The notes beneath the pieces were generated by a model. That model was not told where the DNA came from. It ran no database searches and saw nothing but the letters and a program-made list of their open reading frames with translations. 31,613 nt of DNA, from contig JAZDJR010000025.1 of NCBI GenBank assembly GCA_043803815.1, positions 1 to 31,613 of the forward strand, in the 5' to 3' direction. Made by a program: the position numbers and the translations under genes. Positions 26,970 to 31,613 of the stretch are shown one piece after another. The DNA comes from Candidatus Micrarchaeota archaeon. GTDB lineage: Archaea > Iainarchaeota > Iainarchaeia > Iainarchaeales > JAGVWC01. Position 1 is the stretch's first letter. Each line of letters starts with the position of its first letter.

Positions 26970-27449
26970 GTGACGAAAACCCGTTCCCGTTCCAAACCCC
27001 AAAAAAAAAGGCCCAATCCGGCCGCAGCCAAAGGATTAGTGCTGGCATTCGGAACATTTGACTTGCTGCACCCCGGCCACTTGTTTTATTTAGCCAAAGC
27101 CAAAAAGTTGGGTTCCAAACTCGTCGTCATTGTCGCGCGCGACGCCAATGTCAGGCATTTTAAAGGACAATTGCCCGTGAACAGCGAAAAAACAAGGCTA
27201 AACGTGGTCGGCTCGCTCAAAGACGTGGACCACGCGGTGCTGGGCCAGCGTTCCAACTTTTTTGATATCATCAAGGAATTCAACCCCAAAATCGTGGCCT
27301 TGGGATACGACCAATGGCCAGGAAGGCAAAAACTGCGAAAATACCTGGACGACCATTTGATTCCCGCCAAAATCGTCCGCCTGCCCGCCTACAAAATCCG
27401 CATTTACAAATCAACCCACATCAAAAACAAAATCAAAAAAACGCGTTAA
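26970..27449 (+). CDS. ribL: Archaeal FAD synthase / cytidylyltransferase-like nucleotidyltransferase
   Basis: FGTFDLLHPGH (HxGH), VIVARD, ALGYDQ, KSTHIK. Confidence 0.8.
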   Translation: MTKTRSRSKPQKKRPNPAAAKGLVLAFGTFDLLHPGHLFYLAKAKKLGSKLVVIVARDANVRHFKGQLPVNSEKTRLNVVGSLKDVDHAVLGQRSNFFDIIKEFNPKIVALGYDQWPGRQKLRKYLDDHLIPAKIVRLPAYKIRIYKSTHIKNKIKKTR

Positions 27450-27528
27450 TTCGATTCGATTTTTTAAGCGCTTAACCAAAAAAAGGAATGCGGCATCCAA
27501 AAAAGAACTGCCGCTTGAGCAAGACCAA

Positions 27529-27729
27529 TTACTTTTTCATCAGAAAGCCGGTTAAGCCCCAAAGGAAAAAGAACAGCCCCAGAATGCTCCATCCGTTGAA
27601 CCAGGCCGGAGCGGGATTCCACAAATTGAGCCCGGCTATCAGGAAAAGGATTCCAAAGATGAAAATCAGCGGCGAACATTTGCCGCAACAATGCATGCCG
27701 CAAGTGTCCCCAGCCGTTTTGTCAGCCAT
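27529..27729 (-). CDS. Small two-TM membrane protein with a Cys/His-rich N-terminus
   Basis: MADKTAGDTCGMHCCGKC followed by two hydrophobic helices, GGAGG Shine-Dalgarno. Confidence 0.7.
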   Translation of the reverse strand: MADKTAGDTCGMHCCGKCSPLIFIFGILFLIAGLNLWNPAPAWFNGWSILGLFFFLWGLTGFLMKK

Positions 27730-27841
27730 TTTGATTTCCTCCATTTTGCGATTCCGGTTTGAACCGGAACCCAGTAATAACAAGCCAGCCCGCTTAATAA
27801 TAATTCCAGTTTCAGCTCAAACAGCCCAATAACGAAAAAAA

Positions 27842-27915
27842 CGACCCCGCCGAGATTTGAACTCAGGTCACCAGGTCCGGAACCTAGCGTACTATCCAGG
27901 CTATACTACGGGGCC
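27842..27915 (-). tRNA. tRNA-Arg (anticodon CCG)
   Basis: Acceptor GGCCCCG/CGGGGTC, anticodon arm CTAGG-TTCCGGA-CCTGG, T arm CTGAG-TTCAAAT-CTCGG. No intron, CCA not encoded. Confidence 0.96.
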
Positions 27916-28033
27916 ACTTCAATCAAAAAAGAAGGAAAAGAAAGTTAAGTTCCTCGGTTTTTGACCAACACTTTTCCAAAAAAAAATGGTCGTTTCATAC
28001 TGCAAAGCGGTTATTTCAATCAATAAAAAAATG

Positions 28034-28066
28034 TGCAGAGAGGCGGATTCGAACCGCCGCCCATGC
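28034..28066 (-). ncRNA. tRNA minihelix-like fragment (acceptor stem plus T arm only)
   Basis: GCATGGG-C-GGCGG-TTCGAAT-CCGCC-TCTCTGC-A, located 5 nt downstream of tRNA-Leu. Confidence 0.6.
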
Positions 28067-28071
28067 AAAAA

Positions 28072-28155
28072 TGCAGGAGGGAGGATTCGAACCTCCGAAG
28101 GCACTAAGCCAACAGATCTTGAGTCTGTCCCGTTTGACCGCTTCGGTACTCCTGC
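28072..28155 (-). tRNA. tRNA-Leu (anticodon CAA)
   Basis: Acceptor GCAGGAG/CTCCTGC-A, anticodon arm ACAGA-CTCAAGA-TCTGT, long variable arm, T arm GGAGG-TTCGAAT-CCTCC. Confidence 0.97.
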
Positions 28156-28207
28156 AAACAAAAAAAACGAATATGAAAATGGCAGAGAAAACGAATAAAA
28201 AAGCGAT

Positions 28208-28789
28208 TTATTGCCGCGCCAAATCGTCAATGACGGAATCCGGCGAGTCGGACAAGCCGGTTTCTTTGGCCGAATGCATCAGACCTTTTTCAAATCCAGC
28301 CAGCGCTTTTTGCAGGCGCTGCTTGTCGCGCTTGGAGGCTTTTTTGGCTTTCTTTTTTTTCGGTTTGACCAAACGCGAAAAATCTTTTTTCAGGTAAAAC
28401 TTGAGTTCGGTTCCGTCCGGAATTTCAAGCCCGAGCCTGGTTTCCACTTCCAGGCTTCCTTTTTGGTTTACGACCAACTGGCGGATTTTTTTAAATTGGA
28501 ACTGCAGGTCTTTTACCGACAATTTTTCGCAGTTAAACACCGCGTTCATTCCTTTGCGAACCAGGCCTTTGCGGACCGTTCCGATTAGCACGAAAAGAGG
28601 CGGCATTTTAAAACTCGATTCGACGACAAACGAATTGGAAACCAGCGAAGCGGCGGCTTTTGCATTCGATTTTTGGCGCGGAATATCAGATGCATCTTTT
28701 TTTGGAATAACCGCATTTTGCATTTTTTGGCTGACCTCGTCTTCTTTTAACGCATACCTCGTTTTTTTGAACAAATCCAAAATGCCCAT
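28208..28789 (-). CDS. Protein with a stand-alone EF-Tu domain II-like beta-barrel and a basic tail
   Basis: FVVESSFK...VLIGTVRKGLVRKGM...SVKDLQFQFKKIRQL pattern resembles translation-factor domain II. No GTPase motifs. Confidence 0.6.
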   Translation of the reverse strand: MGILDLFKKTRYALKEDEVSQKMQNAVIPKKDASDIPRQKSNAKAAASLVSNSFVVESSFKMPPLFVLIGTVRKGLVRKGMNAVFNCEKLSVKDLQFQFKKIRQLVVNQKGSLEVETRLGLEIPDGTELKFYLKKDFSRLVKPKKKKAKKASKRDKQRLQKALAGFEKGLMHSAKETGLSDSPDSVIDDLARQ

Positions 28790-28970
28790 GCTAATCCCCT
28801 AAAACAATAGTACTAGGTTTTGCGGTTAATTTAATGGTTTTGGAAAAAACCCCAAAATCGCCCAAAATAACCATTAAACAGCATAAAGAGGGATTTTTGG
28901 TTTTGGGTTTTGAAAAAACGGGTTTAAAAAAAACCGCTGAAACAGCATAACGGATATAACTGCGACGGCA

Positions 28971-28990
28971 TTTTATACTTCAAAAGCCCC
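28971..28990 (+). promoter_or_regulatory. TATA-containing promoter for the ORF at 29000 (probably leaderless)
   Basis: TTTTATACT ends about 21 nt before the ATG. 18/20 identity to the tfb upstream segment. Confidence 0.55.
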
Positions 28991-28999
28991 GCAGTATAA

Positions 29000-29227
29000 A
29001 TGCGGCCAAAGCGAATTTTAAAATTGCGGGAATGGCTAAGAAATCGCGACAGAAAACCAGTTGCACAAAAACCCCCGCTTTTTAATTTTTTTTACCTGAC
29101 CCGCGAAGAAAAAAGCTGGCCGGCCAGAATCGAAGAATCGCGGCGCGAAACCGAACGGCTACGACAGCAGTTACGCGAGTCTGACCAACAGCTAAAACAG
29201 GCGGGGGAAAAGCGCCGAAAAAAATAG
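29000..29227 (+). CDS. Hypothetical basic coiled-coil protein
   Basis: 75-aa Arg/Lys-rich ORF with a TATA box at canonical spacing, flanked by the direct repeat AGCCCCGCAG. Confidence 0.6.
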   Translation: MRPKRILKLREWLRNRDRKPVAQKPPLFNFFYLTREEKSWPARIEESRRETERLRQQLRESDQQLKQAGEKRRKK

Positions 29228-29376
29228 GATTAGCCCCGCAGAGGCCAAAACCCGAAAGTAAATAGTCTTGTGGTATTTATTTCCTGTTCCGGCAGTAATA
29301 CGGCGTTGAAGTTAATAAATTTTTTGTTTTGGTGTCTGCGATTCTTTTGTTAAACTGTTTTGGTAATGGTTTTGCT

Positions 29377-29616
29377 ATGAGCCGAAGAAAGCAGTTCCAG
29401 TTTTACAGATACGCTAAAGACAATGTTCAAGGAACAATCGCAACGTATGCAGCGTTGCTAGTTTTATCCGCGGTTTTAGCATTTACTGGAACAAAATTTT
29501 TTGGAATAGATTATCTGCCGTGGATTTTGTTAATTTTAGCAGTCGTTTTTATAGCGGCAAAGTATGACGACGCGAAAAAAGTTATTGAACTAGTTAAAAG
29601 CGCCTTGGGGCGTTAA
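29377..29616 (+). CDS. Small two-TM membrane protein
   Basis: ATG at 29377, basic N-terminus, two hydrophobic helices, AT-rich DNA. Confidence 0.55.
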   Translation: MSRRKQFQFYRYAKDNVQGTIATYAALLVLSAVLAFTGTKFFGIDYLPWILLILAVVFIAAKYDDAKKVIELVKSALGR

Positions 29617-29842
29617 CTCCTGAAAAAATAGCGTCTTCTGCTAGGGGCACTTTTTCCAGTATTGTCAATACTCCATTTTTTCCGCCTAAGGCATCGAGGC
29701 ATTTGTGGCAGACCCATCTTCTTTGGGTGGACCGGAAGACCAGTTTTTTCCTTCTCCGGCCGGTTGAGAAGCATAGAAAGCAGGGCGGGACTACTGGTGT
29801 TGGTTGGACTTGTTTTTGAATGGTCAAAGTTTGCGTGTACAT
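29594..29842 (-). CDS. Small zinc-ribbon protein
   Basis: CFLC...WVCHKC pairs. ATG 29842 chosen, but the frame is open to 30055 so the start is uncertain. Confidence 0.5.
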   Translation of the reverse strand: MYTQTLTIQKQVQPTPVVPPCFLCFSTGRRRKKLVFRSTQRRWVCHKCLDALGGKNGVLTILEKVPLAEDAIFSGVNAPRRF

Positions 29843-30156
29843 GAACAACCACTTGTTTAGTCGTCTTCCAATTGCTGTTCCAATCGGATTCTTTTTTTCC
29901 TGATTCGCAATAGTTCCCAAAAAACGGGGAATTCTTCTTTTAGTTCCAAATCGGTTTTTTGGGCCAGGATGGATGCGATTTGTCTGGCGGTCATTGAATT
30001 GTCTTTTGTCACTTGAAGGGTTTGTTGCATCTACAACAAGACCGGTTCCCGGCATTAAAAACGGTTTTGTAATCGCTGTGCATTACAGAACTTTACAAAT
30101 TCTTTTTATTAGTCCAAGGCAGGGATGATTGTAGAATTTCAATGGAGGTTTTTTGA

Positions 30157-30450
30157 ATGAATAAAAAAGCAATCGTTGCCGTAATGGCTTTGCTTTTGGT
30201 TGCGCCAATGGTTTTTGCTACCGGCGTGGATGACATTACAGCGCCTTTGAACAAGATTTACGACCTAATCAAGGCCGCGGTAGCCGTCATTGGAATCATT
30301 GCGCTAACCATTGCCGGAGCCAAATTCATGTTTGCGGGGGAAAACATGCAATCCCGCGAATCGGCCAAAAACATGGCCACCTACTCCATAATCGGCCTAA
30401 TCGTAGTCTGGGTAGCACCCCTCGTTGTAAGCTACCTGACCGTGGTATGA
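30157..30450 (+). CDS. TrbC/VirB2-family pilin-like protein
   Basis: Signal peptide (..APMVFA), two hydrophobic helices joined by AGAKFMFAGENMQSRESAKN, GGAGG Shine-Dalgarno. Confidence 0.8.
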   Translation: MNKKAIVAVMALLLVAPMVFATGVDDITAPLNKIYDLIKAAVAVIGIIALTIAGAKFMFAGENMQSRESAKNMATYSIIGLIVVWVAPLVVSYLTVV

Positions 30451-30463
30451 GGCGAGAACAACT

Positions 30464-31186
30464 ATGAAGACCCCCTTCCTTGTTCTCGCTTCCTTTTTCT
30501 TTTTAACCAGCATAAGCGCCAGCATATTACCCACCAACTGCACGGCGTTCCAAGGAGAACAATACACCGACTGCCAAAACATCCTGACCGACACCTCGCT
30601 AACCCAACTCGAAAAAGAAGACCTATACCTCAATCTCGTGAACATCCAGGGGGATTTGCCTTCGTTTGACTTTGCCTGGAACTGGAACAACCAGCTCACA
30701 TTCAATCAAGCCCCGGAAACCCTTCCCCCAACCAACAATGGCATTATCAAGAACGCCTGGTTGAAAATCGTTGGAATAAAAAAATCCGTCTTCGATGAAA
30801 ACCAGCAAAAATGGTTCACACAAAACCAAGGAAGCATCTTAACTGCCAAAAACTACGAAATCGAAAACCCCGTCGGGCCGCTACTGGGGGAATGCCAAAC
30901 CAACTACTCGTATTCAATTACGCAAAATGATTTTCAAATCCAAGCAAACAACCAAATCCTCGGAACCACAAACCAAGCCAATTATTCGTTTTCGCTGCCA
31001 AACCAAAACGACCTCAATTTCTTAGCCGACTGGCAAATAGCCGCGCAACTAAAAACAGACCATTACACCCTGCAAGAGCACAGTTTTTTTGACGGCCACC
31101 AATGGCACTACTGGACCGAATGCACCTACACCAACACAACCTACAACAATTACGCAATCCATTTGCAAGACCAGTTACTGGAGTGA
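30464..31186 (+). pseudogene. Secreted Asn/Gln/Thr-rich protein, apparently truncated by the IS insertion
   Basis: N-terminal signal peptide, Cys pairs. The stop codon at 31184-31186 lies inside the putative IS terminal repeat. Confidence 0.6.
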
Positions 31187-31613
31187 ACCCCTTTTTTTGT
31201 GCTTGAAGTTAAGCACCGACCCCCTTTAATATTTTTTGTTCGAACTCGGCCGGTGGCTGGTAGCCAATGGCTGAGTGCAACCGTTTTGTGTTGTAAATCT
31301 CTTCAATGAAACACTCGATATTTTCGTATGCGTCATCGAACGACTCGTACTCGTTTAGGTAGACCTCGTCGTACTTAACGGTCTTCATAAAGGACTCGGC
31401 GAATGCATTGTCGTACGGGTTTCCTTTGGCGGACATGCTGGGCAAAATGTCGTGTTGTTCGAGCATGGCAATGTACTCATGGCTTGCGTACTGGACGCCG
31501 CGGTCGGAATGGTGAATGAGTCCGGCCAGTTGCATTCCTTGGCGATGGTTGAGTGCCATGGTTAACGCGTCCACCGTGAGTTGCGAGTCAATATTTCGAG
31601 ACAACTGCCAGCC
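31179..31613 (-). mobile_element. IS3-family insertion sequence (right end; continues beyond the window)
   Basis: Terminal 5'-TGGAGTGAACCCC at 31179 (TG...CA IS3-type end), 30 nt past the transposase stop. Confidence 0.85.
31209..31613 (-). CDS. IS3-family transposase OrfB, C-terminal DDE/integrase core (partial)
   Basis: HHSDRGVQY, SAKGNPYDNAFAESFMKTVKYDE, YNTKRLHSAIGYQPP. Confidence 0.96.
   Translation of the reverse strand, partial: GWQLSRNIDSQLTVDALTMALNHRQGMQLAGLIHHSDRGVQYASHEYIAMLEQHDILPSMSAKGNPYDNAFAESFMKTVKYDEVYLNEYESFDDAYENIECFIEEIYNTKRLHSAIGYQPPAEFEQKILKGVGA

Noticed and set aside
27470-27590. Short similarity AAAAAGAAC(T/A)GCC between the intergenic DNA and the end of the small membrane gene
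   Set aside because: Too short and low-complexity to call a duplication
27919-28397. ORFs overlapping the tRNA cluster
   Set aside because: They run across tRNA-Leu and its flanks and are spurious
29247-29284. Imperfect palindrome considered as a dif/att site
   Set aside because: Arm and spacer lengths do not fit an 11-6-11 Xer site, and no recombinase gene is in view
1-31613. CRISPR arrays, rRNA genes, tRNA introns
   Set aside because: No regularly spaced repeats, rRNA-like segments or bulge-helix-bulge introns were seen

Overview
Archaeal chromosomal window, probably from a DPANN-type small-genome archaeon such as Iainarchaeota/Diapherotrites (lineage is inference). Markers are TFB, a histone, eS8, Cgi121, Hef and an archaeal-type TyrRS. 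It carries bacterial-type uvrA and a C-terminally short uvrC with an unannotated 57-aa ribbon-helix-helix gene between them. It also carries a Hef helicase-nuclease interrupted by a 531-aa LAGLIDADG intein containing an extra winged-helix segment. A co-oriented block runs form III RuBisCO, ASCH/DUF3850 (no canonical start codon), cytidylate kinase, KaiC-like ATPase. Other genes include a frameshifted O6-methylguanine methyltransferase, a histidine phosphatase lacking its catalytic His, a Kef-type antiporter, cysS, an agmatinase facing a bacterial-type deoxyhypusine-synthase homologue, tyrS, ribL, tRNA-Arg(CCG) and tRNA-Leu(CAA). The right end has a VirB2/TrbC-like pilin and a secreted protein cut by an IS3-family element. 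Less obvious signals are a tRNA minihelix right behind tRNA-Leu, a four-hairpin array that hides a Shine-Dalgarno site, a diverged copy of the cysS 3' end, a shared 20-bp promoter segment, and a set of strongly basic orphan proteins. All family calls come from reading motifs by eye; no searches were run.
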